NCBI GenBank assembly: GCA_047967505.1
Contig: CM106538.1
DNA: 64,000 bases
Reading direction: 5' to 3' (one strand)
Source of the DNA: Dipteris shenzhenensis
Taxonomy: Eukaryota
In this document: positions 52,590 through 64,000 of the stretch, in pieces
Numbering within the stretch: the first letter of the stretch is position 1
How the letters are laid out: each line of letters opens with the position of its first letter
Made by a program: the position numbers and the translations under genes
The notes under the pieces: model-generated
The model's database searches: none
The model's input: the letters and a program-made list of their open reading frames with translations, nothing else
Told to the model about the DNA's origin: nothing

Positions 52590-54200
52590 TTTTTTTTATG
52601 TAGCATTTTCTTTTTGGTAAAATTTAATTAAATTTTAGTTTATAAGAAAAATTATAAAAATTTTCTAAATTTCAAATGCATTTTAATGTTTTTTTGAAAT
52701 TTATGAATTACGACATTTTTTATTTAAAATGTGAAAATGATTTTTTTTTAAAATAGAGCTATTTTTATTAAATAAAAAAACGTTCATAGGAATAATTATA
52801 AAATATTTATAAATTTGAAATGCATTTGTAATTTTTTTTAAAGTTTTTGAATTACGACATTTATAATTTAAAATGTGAAAATTTTAAATTTAAAAAACGT
52901 TTAATGAGACATTTTTTATTTAAAATGTGAAAATGTAAAAATTCTGTTTTTTTAATGTAGCATTTTCTTTTTGGTAGAATTTAATTAAATTTTAGTTTAT
53001 AAGAAAAATTATAAAAAATTTCTAAATTTCAAATGCATTTTAATGTTTTTTTGAAATTTATGAATTACGACATTTTTTATTTAAAATGTGAAAATGAAAA
53101 TTTATTTTTTTAAATAGAGCTATTTTTATTAAATAAAAAAACGTTCATAGGAATAATTATAAAATATTTATAAATTTGAAATGCATTTGTAAATTTTTTT
53201 AAAATTTTTGAATTACGACATTTATAATTTAAAATGTGAAAATTTTAAATTTAGAAAACGTTTAATGAGGCATTTTTAAATTTTTATTTAAAATGTGAAA
53301 ATGTAAAAATTAGGTTTTTAAAAATCATCTTTGGAAAAAAAGAGATTAAAGTTATTTTTTTAAATTAGAGCTCTTTTTATTGAAATAAAAAACGTTTAAA
53401 TCTTAGTTTATAGGAATAATTATAAAATATTTTTAAAATTAAAATGCATTTGAAAGTTTTTTAAAATTATTTTTGGAATTACGTAATTATTTATTTAAAA
53501 TGTGAAAATGTAAATATTTTGTTTTTAAAATCATCTTTAAAAAAAAAGAGATTAAAGTTATTTTTTAAATTAGTGCTATTTTTATTTAAATAAAGAAACG
53601 TTTAAATTTTAGTTTATAGGAATAATTATAAAATATTTCTAAATTTGAAATGCATTTAAAAGTTTTTTTAATTATTTTTAGAATTACGTAATTTTTTATT
53701 TAAAGCCTGAAAATGTATATATTTTGTTTTTTAAAATCATCTTAAAAAAAAAAGAGATTAAAGATATTTTTTTTACTAGTGTTATTTATATTTAAATAAA
53801 AAAACGTTTAAATTTTATTTTTAAAAATGATCTTTTAAAAAAAAGAAAATAAGAGTTTAAGTTAGTATTTAAATGTCAAAAATATATAATTTGTTTTTTA
53901 AAATAATCTATTAAAAAAAATTTATAAGTGAAGTTTACAAATTACTGAAGTTTTGAATTTAATATAACGTTTAAATTTTGTTTTTAGAAATCATGTATCA
54001 AGAACAAGAAAATAAGAATTTTGTTAAAATAAGAAAATCATGTATTAAAAACAAGAAAACAAGAAAACAAGAACAAGAAAAAGAGAGATTAAAGTAGGTT
54101 CTATGCTATCTTTGAAATTGGTGCTATTTTTATTTAAATAAAAAAACGTTTAAATTTTAGTCTTCAAAACCATCTTTTAAAAAATCATCGTTTATGTGGA
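52590..54200. repeat. Very AT-rich tandem repeats (~355-bp duplication, then ~180-bp degenerate units)
   Basis: ATGTAGCATTTTCTTTTTGGTA...AAAATGTAAAAATT occurs at ~52598 and ~52955; TTTAAAATGTGAAAATG motifs recur throughout. Confidence 0.85.
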
Positions 54201-54857
54201 ATATTATAGATTATATAGTTGGTTAAGAGTTGTTTCATAATTTAGGTAGAGTAAGTAGGCTGTATAAAACACTACATGGGCATTATCCCTAAAACACCAC
54301 ACCACATGGGCAAAGACCCTAACACTAGAGTGGTTAGATGCATAAGCATATGGCTAATTGGATCTTGTAAATGCACCAGCGCATCGAAAACACATACGTA
54401 ATTTATGATTGTCCAAAGGTCTCCTCTCTCCCCAAGCATGGGAACCAAGTGATGATCTATAGGAATGGCCACTAGTTGAGGTGGATTGCCCAACCAAAAT
54501 AGATAATATTGAAAAGGCTTCATTATTTTCTCAAAGTTCTCGCTTTAAAAGGTCTGTAGTGTGAACCCGCTCTCTTTTTTAATGTGTAGTCCGAGAAATA
54601 CTAGATGCGCCTTGCTTGAGTATCGTTCAAAGTAATGTATTAGGTATCCTTCTATCTCCTCCATATCTATTGCAAACCCAAGGCAGTAAAGCATTCAAAG
54701 AAGGTCTTATTAACCAAACCTCTCCACTATCTGTCCTTAGTATAGGGGCCATTAGTGGACAATGTGGTCCTTACACCACATGTGGAAAAGTTTCATATTG
54801 GATAAAAAGTGAAAAAAGGGAAACATATAAGGAAAAAATATTTGAGACATCTAAGTT

Positions 54858-57050
54858 TAGTCGTGCTAGTAGGGATTGTAAAAATGTACGCATTTGTTCT
54901 TCCACGTGGCGCAAACCAGATCAGTTGGAGACCAAATATTGCGTGGATGTATGTCTAGGGTAGCCTAAGAGGCATGTGAAGTTTCGTCCCCAACAGGGTT
55001 TAGGGTTTAGGGTTTAGGGTTTAGTCGTGCTAGTAGGGATTGCTTCTATGTGGCGCAAACCAAATCAGTTGGAGACCAAATCTTGCGTGGATGTACGTCT
55101 AGGGTAGCCTAAGAGGCGTGTGAAGTTTCGTCCCCAACAGGGTTTAGGATTTAGGGTTCAGGGTTTAGGGTTTAGGGTTTAGTCGTGCTAGTAGGGATTG
55201 TAAAAATGTATGCATTTATCCTTCCACGTGGCGCATACCAAATCAGTTGGAGACCAAATCTTGCATGGATGTACGTCTAGGGTAGCCTAAGAGCCGTGTG
55301 AAGTTTCATCCCCAACAGATAAGTCCACGTGCATATTTCATTAGTATGTAGGGCATTTTTCATAGGTAGTCGTGCTAGTAGGGATTGTAAAAATGTACGC
55401 AGCTGTCCTTCCACGTGGCGCATACCAAATCAGTTGGGCACCAAATCTTGTGTGGATGTACGTTTACAGTAGCCTAAGAGTCGTGCAAAGTTTAATCTCC
55501 AACAGATAAGTCCACATGCATATTTGGTTAGTACGTGCACCATTTTTTACACGTAGTCGTGCTAGTAGGGATTGTAAAAATGTACGCATTATACCTTCCA
55601 CGTGGCATATACCAAATAAGTTGGAGACCAAATCTTGCGTGGATGTATGTCTAGGGTGGCCTAAGAGGCGTGTGAAGTTTCGTCCCCAACAGATAAGTCC
55701 ACGTGCATATTTCATTAGTTTGTGCGCCATTTTTCATACGTAGTCGTGCTAGTAGGGATTGTAAAAATGTACGCAGCTGTCCTTCCACGTGGCGCATATA
55801 CCAAATCAGTTGGAGACCAAATCTTGCGTGGATGTACGTCCAGGGTAGCCTAAGAGCCGTGTGAAGTTTCATTCCCAACAGATAAGTCCACGTGCATATT
55901 TCATTAGTATGTGTGCCATTTTTCATACGTAGTCGTGCTAGTAGGGATTGTAAAAATGTACGCAGCTGTCCTTCCACGTGGCGCATACCAAATCAGTTGG
56001 GCACCAAATCTTGCATGGATGTACGTCTATGGTAGCCTAAGAGCCGTGCAAAGTTTAATCTCCAACAGATAAGTCCACATGCATATTTGGTTAGTACATG
56101 CGCCATTTTTTACACGTAGTCGTGCTAGTAGGGATTGTAAAAATATACGCATTATACCTTCCACGTGGCGCATACCAAATAAGTTGGAGACTAAATCTTG
56201 CGTGGATGTATGTCTAGGGTGGCCTAAGAGGTGTGTGAAGTTTCGTCCCCAACAGATAAGTCCACGTGCATATTTCATTAGTACGTGCGCCATTTTTCAT
56301 ACGTACTCGTGCTAGTAGGGATTGTAAAAATGTACGCAACTGTCCTTCCACGTGGTGCATACCAAATCAGTTTGAGACCAAATCTTGCGTGGATGTACGT
56401 CTAGGGAGCCTAAGAGCCGTGTGAAGTTTCATCCCCAACAGATAAGTCTACGTGCATATTTCATTAGTATGTGTGCCATTTTTCATACGTAGTCGTGCTA
56501 GTAGGGATTGTAAAAATGTACGCAACTGTCCTTCCACGTGGCGCATACCAAATCAGTTGGGCACCAAATCTTGCGTGGATGTACGTCTATAGTAGCCTAA
56601 GAGCTGTGCAAAGTTTAATCTCCAACAGATAAGTCCACATGCATATTTGGTTAGTACGTGTGCCATTTTTCACACGTAGTCGTGCTAGTAGGGATTGTAA
56701 AAATGTACGCATTATACCTTCCACGTGGCGCATACCAAATAAGTTGGAGACCAAATCTTGCGTGGATGTATGTCTAGGGTGGCCTAAGAGTCGTGCGAAG
56801 TTTCATTCCCAACAGATAAGTCCACACGCGTATTTCATTAGTACATGCGCCATAGCTCATACGTAGTCGTGCTAGTAGGGATTGTAAAAATGTACGCATT
56901 GTACCTTCCACGTGGCGCATACCAAATCAGTTCAGACCAAATCTCACGTGGATGTATGTCTAGGGTGGCCTAAGAGTCGTGCGAAGTTTCATCCCCAACA
57001 AGTAAGTCCACATGTGTATTTCGTTAGTACGTGCACGAATTTTCTTAGTC
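54858..57050. repeat. 187-bp satellite array (12 monomers) inside the transposon
   Basis: TAGTCGTGCTAGTAGGGATTG starts at 54858, 55022, 55180, 55367, 55554, 55741, 55930, 56117, 56304, 56490, 56677 and 56864. Confidence 0.97.
54995..55182 (+). repeat. Two short (TTTAGGG)n plant telomere-repeat tracts
   Basis: AGGGTTTAGGGTTTAGGGTTTAGGGTTTAG at ~54995-55024 and ~6 units at 55139-55182. Confidence 0.92.
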
Positions 57051-57370
57051 ACGTTTTTAAAATGTCCTAAAGCACAAAACAAATTACAACATTACTACTA
57101 ATAAACAATTTTTTGTTTTACAAACACAACAAATCCCATTGAGAAGACATCGAACATCATGTAAAAAATAGAATCTAATACAATGATGTGTATGAACGTG
57201 TATACAGCCATCATAGTGGAATATAAAATATGAGTCCATGAAAATTACAATGGTACGGTCACACAGTGAGCCTATACATATCCAATACAAAAAAGTGTAA
57301 TCAACTAGTGATACCCAATAATAATCAATCTGATCAACTGATGATCCCAAAAAATATGATATGTAATGTG

Positions 57371-60302
57371 CTACTCCTCAGGATCAGCTCTCATGCCAAT
57401 AGTTGCAAGTATGCTCTCGTGATCCGCCACTGCAAGGCGCCATCGTGGAGTGGACGTCGCCTTGCGAGTGCGAACATGACTCAAAGTAATCGTGATCCCA
57501 ACAACAAGATGAGAATACATGTATGGCTCCTGATCCGCCATGTACTCCTGGAACTCAATATAGCGACCACGCCTCTGTATCTGCTGAAAATAGTGGCCAC
57601 CTACGATCATGCTATGAGCATTGAAGTGCATCCCATGCCCATCCACTGTATCCTCATTCAGCACACTCTTCAGCATAGAGCATCGCAACAAGTAATAATC
57701 CACACCCTCCTCATTGCCCTTTGAAGCAATAACCGTGAAGATATCACCAATACTACGCAAAATATATGTAAGCTGGTCATAATCTCTAGAGGAACTGAAT
57801 CCCGCATCCTGATCATCATGTACCTCCTCCCAAGGCTGGAAGGGAGAAAGCACTCGCCGTACCCATGGATCAGCCCATGGTATCCTGGAGCACCCTCCCC
57901 AATCATCATCAATGCATGCAGAGCAAAAACATGCAAACCGTTGAGAAAAGATCGTGGGGTGAGACTCACCTACGCTCCTGATGGAATGGAAATCAAGAGT
58001 GCCAGGCACAGAACGACAATCAAAAGGCCTAGAACGATCAAGACTCCCAATGTCTACGCACCAAAAATACCGGCTCACCACCCTATCGTCACGCGACTGA
58101 AACGAGGAGGTAGCACTAGTGGATAAGTGCTGGCTGCACCCCCGCACCACATCATGTGCATCCTTGAAGCGATCGGCACTGTGACGCAACTGGTATCGAC
58201 ACAAAGCACGCTTCACGCAAGCACCTGCACCATCGTGCTCTCCCTTACCGTGCCCTGTCTCGAAGTAGCTCCATGTAATCGGAATGCCTGTCTCACAGTG
58301 CCATCTGTAGAACCAATAAAACTGTCTAGCGGATTTGAACTGACCACCGCAACCGTCCGACCAGATCCAGCACCGCTGCCATGTGACACCATGATCCCTC
58401 AAGAAACTATCATGCAAAGTGAAGCAATGTTGCACAAAATGGGCATCATGCGATCGATCATCACTAATGTAGAAGTGATACTCTCGCACAATGACACGTG
58501 AGTCCATGATGCTATCAATGCCATCCACATGAGCCTGTGCATGACGATAGCTAATGTGCACAAATATAGCAACCTGCAATATGGCATTGAAAAAAAATAT
58601 GACTATTAAAATAATTCAATATAATGAGGCGGGGAAAAAATCAATATACTCAATCACACGTCACCTGTTCGGAGAAATAATACTCTGATTGGATCTCATG
58701 CTGTGGTGCAAAGGTGTAATTCTCCGCAAAGTCCACCACTGAGACAACCACCCCTGTAGGAAATGTCCTCAAACATGCACGAAACTGACGATCCTCCCAT
58801 TTCGCAGTGTGCGAGTGGCGTATGTAGCGGTACAGCTTCCCTCGAAAACTGTCAATGAATACAACACGTGGTGTCTCCTTCCCCACAAGCTGCAACCTCC
58901 TCGACTGTGCACCACCATCTAATGTCAAGGTACAGTACTCATACTGCTGCCAACGAACCATCTGCACATCACAAGTATCTAGTGCAACTCGTGGCACTCT
59001 AGCAAAGTCACCACACAAAGTACACGTGCCTTCCACACAATCAAGGGAGTGGAATAAAGCATCACCATCTCATGTACACAATATGGAATGAATGAAGTCG
59101 CGAGGGCTAGTAGGAACCACTCCCCTATGACCATTAAGGGAACGGAATACGTCATACATCAATCCAAAATCCACATGGTAGCGACAACAGCATGTGTCAC
59201 GCTCCTGAGAGCATCGCACAAACCATGGCCTGCATCACTCAAATGACCTCTGCCCAATCTTGAACTCCGGGTGTGCCTCTATAAACTGAGTGTACAACTC
59301 AGTCTGGGTACACTCCAAAAAACATGCACCATGCTCAATGTACACACCGCGTGACACCCTCTTCTGCAATGCCTTCTTGAACACCGGGGATGCTCTGCAA
59401 TGCTCCTCCCAAAACTGTTGTATGAAGGACCTAGTGGAATCATCCAACAATCGATCGCTGCGAGGTGCACGACCACTCGAAGCCCAAAGAGCATCAGTCT
59501 CACTATCCTCTAGACTCTGCCTCCTAATGATGCCTGCTCGCAATGTGCGCGGTGCAATCCGAAGAAGATGTGAAGCGGTACGCACATGGCCTATCATATG
59601 AGGTCTACTAATGGCAGCCACAATAGCACGACGTGCTGCCAAGGCATCACTGGAGTTCCTATGCTTAATAGAAGCATAGGAACGTCGAACACCGCTAAGG
59701 ACCTCGCTAGATACAACCCTATCTCTACGTGCACCAAGACCAGCAAGCCTCCTACACTCTACCAAGTCAGGGTGATCAATCAGGGACGTGAGAAGAGAAG
59801 ACTACGAAGCTGGCGTGAGGTCACAAAAAAAAGACTGCACAATCTTGCTAGTACGACGACGGATAGTGGACTTCGGCAAGTCACGTCGTGAAGCAACACT
59901 GCTGCTGCAAGGTGGGGCAAGGGGATCAATGGGAGACGGTAGGGTGGACGAGGGAAGGGAGGCGCCAAGCGGAGCGGGGGGAGGGGGAGGGGGAGGGGGA
60001 GGGGGGAGGGTGGAGGGGGAAGAGGTAGAGGTGGAGGCCAAAATGTAGGTGGCTAGGGGAAGGGCGGAGGCTAGAGGTAGGGGAGCGGATGAGGATGGGG
60101 GGACAATGGAGGTGGGGGTGGGGGTGGAGGTGGAATGTAGAGGTAGAGCTGGAGGTGGATCAGTGGTGGCAACGCGAGCTCGAGCTCTAGAGGCTCTCTT
60201 GCGCTCACGAGCCTTCCGCTTGCGCTCCTCGTCAATGAGATTTGGGGGGGGGTTCCTACATCTTTCACGTCTACTAGCTCTAGTAGGGCTTTGAGAACCC
60301 AT
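57371..60302 (-). pseudogene. Sola2-type transposase, two exons (60302-58665 and 58573-57371), ~946 codons with three in-frame stops
   Basis: Single frame; 91-bp GT-AG intron (58664-58574) joins SEQ|VAIFVH. Motifs DFAENY, ISDDRSHD, WSDGCGGQFKS and FETGHGKGEHDGAG, plus Cys clusters. Stops: TAG at 59802-59804, TGA at 59235-59237 and TGA at ~59070. Confidence 0.9.
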
Positions 60303-60534
60303 TCTCAATGAAAGTAGGATGGAAGGTGTGACAAAGTGATGAGGAGGCAAGAATGGCTAAGAATGGGTGAAATGAACCAAAACGTGGTGTCTTATAGAGA
60401 GCCTCAACTCATCCACTAGATTGCTCTTAGATTGCTCTTCATTATTATTGGTGGAGAGGTGCTAAGATTGAAACTAATTGGCTAAGTTTTGGTGCTAAGA
60501 TTGATACTAATTGGCTAAGTTTTGTACCTTCAAA

Positions 60535-60724
60535 TACCTCGATCGAGGTCTGCTATGCCCAGAGCCCCGATAATATACCTCGATCAGACCTTATACCTCG
60601 ATCGAGGTATTCAGTGCATTACGCATGTATGAACCTCGATCGAGGTATCCCTAGGTGTCCTCGGTCATATACCTCGATGGAGGTATTGTATGCCTCACCC
60701 AGGTCATATACCTCGATCGAGGTA
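60535..60724. repeat. Right-side array of the same TACCTCGATCGAGGTA palindrome (~6 copies)
   Basis: Copies at ~60535, 60576, 60594, 60632, 60670 and 60709. Confidence 0.9.
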
Positions 60725-60759
60725 TTGTATGCCTCGCACATCGTCATGTGTATATATCT

Positions 60760-61130
60760 GGCTGATGTGGCACCATGCATGGTCATGATGTGGTAATATA
60801 GTCTCTTCCTGCATGGTCATGATGTGGTAATATAGTCCCTTCCATGACATTGAAAGGTGATGTGGCGTGATGAGTTGGCATTCATGAGGTGGTAGATTGA
60901 CATGGCAAATTGAGGTGGAGGGATTGGTGACGTGGCAAGGTTGAGGAGGTATGCCAAGGTGGCATTGTGTGATCACATGGCTCATGATGTGGAATGATGA
61001 GGTGGCACATGTGGCAGCACGTGTGGCAATGTAAGGTGACATGGCAAGGAGTGATGTCACATCTCCTTGATGAGATGGCACCACGTGGTCTAACAACGTG
61101 GCATGGTTTTGATGACTCAGCCTTCCACAT
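60760..61130. repeat. GATGTGG / GACRTGGCA / CACGTGG motif cluster
   Basis: More than 15 variants; reverse-complement style of the array at 12016-12312. Confidence 0.7.
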
Positions 61131-61998
61131 GGGCAGCATGCAGACTCCAAAGGCTTGCCACTAGGGTCGGTGATGCTCTTAGCCTACCTCACCAAGCCTA
61201 ATACCAAGCCTACCTTGTCTTGGTATTAGGCTTGGGTGGCCCTTTTTCCCCCACAAAAGGGAGATTTAACTGTTGGAGGCCATATCGTATGTTTCCCTTA
61301 CTCAAATTTAACCAAAATTTTTTCCTCTTATTCATCATGTAGAGGACTAAAAATATTGACATTTTTGAAATGTTTGGTTATGTTTGAGAATTACTAGATT
61401 TATTTTTAATATTCTTTGTTGATCCTCCAAGGAGTAAAAGTAAAAATTAAACTTCAATCTTCCTAAATCCAACCGTTGGATTTGGGATTTGATGATTCAA
61501 CCACACACCCTTATGTGCCTACTAACCTTCCACCGAATTGGATTTGCTTAATTATTCAAAATACTAAAAAAATGTGGTGTGCTACTAAAATGCATGTATT
61601 TTATGACTTTATTTATTATAAATAATTATTTATAATTAGATAAATCATTCAAAAAATTACCAATAAATCAAATTAAGCTCTACATAATGCAAAGAGACCA
61701 CTTACAAAGTTTCAATAACATTTAATCTAAAATGAGTGAGAAATTTAGAATTTAATATGACACTCTCTGTTCGTGACAAACGTGTGACCACCCTGGAACC
61801 ATGCCGTGTGACACAAAGAAATTTTTTGTGTGTGCATTGAATTTTCGATCAGACTATACGATTGTGTGCACAATAGCAAGTGTGATGTTGTGTCAGAAGG
61901 CTTCAAAGACTAGATCCATAGGGAAGTAGGTGAGATTTGCATTTTTGTGTGCTAAAAAGCTTGTTTTTCCACCTCCTAAGGATTGGGGAGTGAACAAA

Positions 61999-62027
61999 AA
62001 GTGGACACCCTTAGCTTGCTACTTCCC
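61999..62027 (-). repeat. Right TIR
   Basis: AAGTGGACACCCTTAGCTTGCTACTTCCC. Confidence 0.95.
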
Positions 62028-64000
62028 ATATGTTTCTTGCAAATGAAGAAATGAAAAATACAGATACAGTGTACCTAGACATGGATTGCAATCGAAAAGA
62101 GGAATTTAACTATCAAGTCGACCAAGCAAAACCAGATCCTTGGTATATTGATAGCGGTGCATCATCTCACATGACAAATCATCAGGAATGGTTCATAGAG
62201 ATGAAACCATTATAATTTCAGAAGAATGTCATCTACACAGCTGATAATACACCAAATCCAGTTCAAGGGACAAGCATTATCCCTATGAACAATTTCAAAG
62301 GTACAAAAGGATTGGTGAAAGATGTACTCTACGTTCTGAAGCCCAACAAGAACCTTTTGTCAATAGGTCAAATGACGGAACACAACTACAGAGTCATCTT
62401 CGATGGAGATGAATGCACTATCAGAGATAAATCTAGAAAATTTCAACTAGTAGGAAAAGGTATCAAGGAAGGACGCTTGTACATAATGCTAGCTATAGTA
62501 CCAGACTTGCATGCCATGTCAGCTCAACCACAACTGATGCCACTATTTGTAGAATGGCACAAGAGATATGGTCATGTTAATTTCAAGTACTTGTTAGATC
62601 TCAAGAATCACAATAGATCACAATATGGTAATCAGGATTCCTAAGCTATAGTTTCTTGAAAAAGTTTGCAAAGCATGTTGCTTCGGAAAACAAAAGCGAA
62701 CAAACTTTGGTAGAAACACCTCTCGAGCAAGAGGTATTCTTGATTTGATACACACAGATGTATAGGGTTATGCCCAGACCCGCAGCATCAATGGTTCACT
62801 TTACTAGACTTTCATGGATGACTATAGCAGATATTGTTGGGTCTACTTTCTGAAAGAGAAGTATAAAGTCTTTTCCAAATTTCAAGAATTCAAAGCCATG
62901 GTAGAAACTTAGACAGGCACAAAGATTAAAGTCATGAGATTGGATAGAGGAGGTGAATACATGTCTTCAGCATTCATGAAATTTTGCAGAAGTCACGGCA
63001 TTAGAAGACAATTCACTTGTGCAGATACTCCTCAACAGGATGCAAGAGCTGAAAGGAAGATGTTACTTTAGCAGACAGTGCCAGAGCAATGCTTAGTGAG
63101 AAGCATCTTCCGAATCAGTCTTGGCTAGAAGCAATAGCCACAACAAACTACTTGCTTAATAGGTGAGCCGATACAGAGGGTATGACACCTTATGAAGCAT
63201 TCACTGGACATAAGCCACACATTGGGCATCTCCGCATATTTGGTTGCATAGCATATGCCCACATACATGGTGATCATTGCAAGAAATTGGATGCGAAGTC
63301 ATGCAAATGCATCATGGTTGGGTACAGTGAAGAAAGCAAAGCATACAAGTTGTTTGATCCCCATCAACCGAAAGGTCATTATCTCTAGAGATGTAATCTT
63401 TGATGAGGAATCAGAATGGAAAACCTCAAATACATAGGAGATAGAAGCATCGACTTCAAAGTCATCTATAGAAAAGGTTGATGAAGAAGAGTTAGAATTG
63501 CCAGAAACACCCCAAGCAGAGCCACAGCAGCTCAGATGGTCTACTAGGGAATGCAGACCACCAGCCAGATTGACATGTGCTCAGAAAGGTAAAGTAATAT
63601 AGGTTGAAACCACCAACTATGCTCTTATGACTACCATCATGGCTATAGAAGAGCCAGTGTACTTCGAAGATGCAGTAGACAAGCCAGAATGGCAAACTTC
63701 TATGAATGAAGAAATAAATGATTTGTATAAAAGTAATACTTGGGAATTATGTGACCTTCCACCAGGAAAGAAGGCCATAGCAAACAAATGGGTATATAAA
63801 GTGAAGTACAACCCAGATGGAATTATTCAAAGATACAAAGCCAGATTAGTTGCAAAAGGATTTGCACAACAATATGGTCAGGACTATGATGAGACTTATG
63901 CTCCAGTAACAAATATGGATTCCATACGGTTCTTGATATCACTAGTGAACTCAGTAGATGGAATGTGTACCAACTCGATGTCAAGAATGCATTTCTCAAT
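62028..64000 (+). mobile_element. Decayed Copia element, protease-integrase-RT part (runs off the window)
   Basis: WYIDSGASSHMT, KNLLSIGQ, WHKRYGHVN, DRGGEY, HLRIFGCIAY, YKARLVAKGFAQ and QLDVKNAFL; many stops. Confidence 0.93.

Larger units (their letters stand above)
51732..62027 (-). mobile_element. Complete 10,296-bp cut-and-paste DNA transposon, Sola2-type
   Basis: 29-bp TIRs (27/29 match, inner 24 perfect) starting GGG and ending CCC; 4-bp TSD ATAT (51728-51731 and 62028-62031). Removing the element restores the Copia frame ANEHGNMFLANEE. Internal DDD transposase. Confidence 0.92.

Noticed and set aside
54858-57050. ORFs in the satellite (e.g. 55516-55743, 56079-56315)
   Set aside because: Short frames that recur with the repeat period; no protein-like content.

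Overview
Repeat-dense plant genomic DNA with no intact host gene. PLS-type PPR repeats, TTTAGGG repeats and spliceosomal introns point to a land plant; a fern or lycophyte is my guess only. The window is a nest of transposons. (1) A complete 10.3-kb DNA transposon at 51732-62027 has 29-bp TIRs, an ATAT target-site duplication (TSD) and a two-exon Sola2-type transposase. It also carries subterminal 16-bp palindrome arrays, a 187-bp satellite with a 3-mer higher-order repeat and embedded telomere repeats, and a possible second ORF, and it interrupts a Copia element. (2) A full-length Copia element at 27726-33204 (CTTTA TSD) sits inside a MULE-type transposase. (3) A Penelope-like (Naiad/Chlamys-type) RT between ~540-bp direct repeats interrupts a PPR pseudogene. 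(4) A degenerate ORF at 35390-36827 has Transib/RAG1-like motifs. (5) There are several decayed Gypsy and LINE copies, one with an internal inversion and one with a long extra coiled-coil ORF after the integrase. Host-derived sequence is limited to one probable exon, the PPR pseudogene and a Tify-binding-domain (IDM1-like) fragment. All calls come from reading and hand-translating the sequence; no searches were run, and boundaries of decayed elements are approximate.
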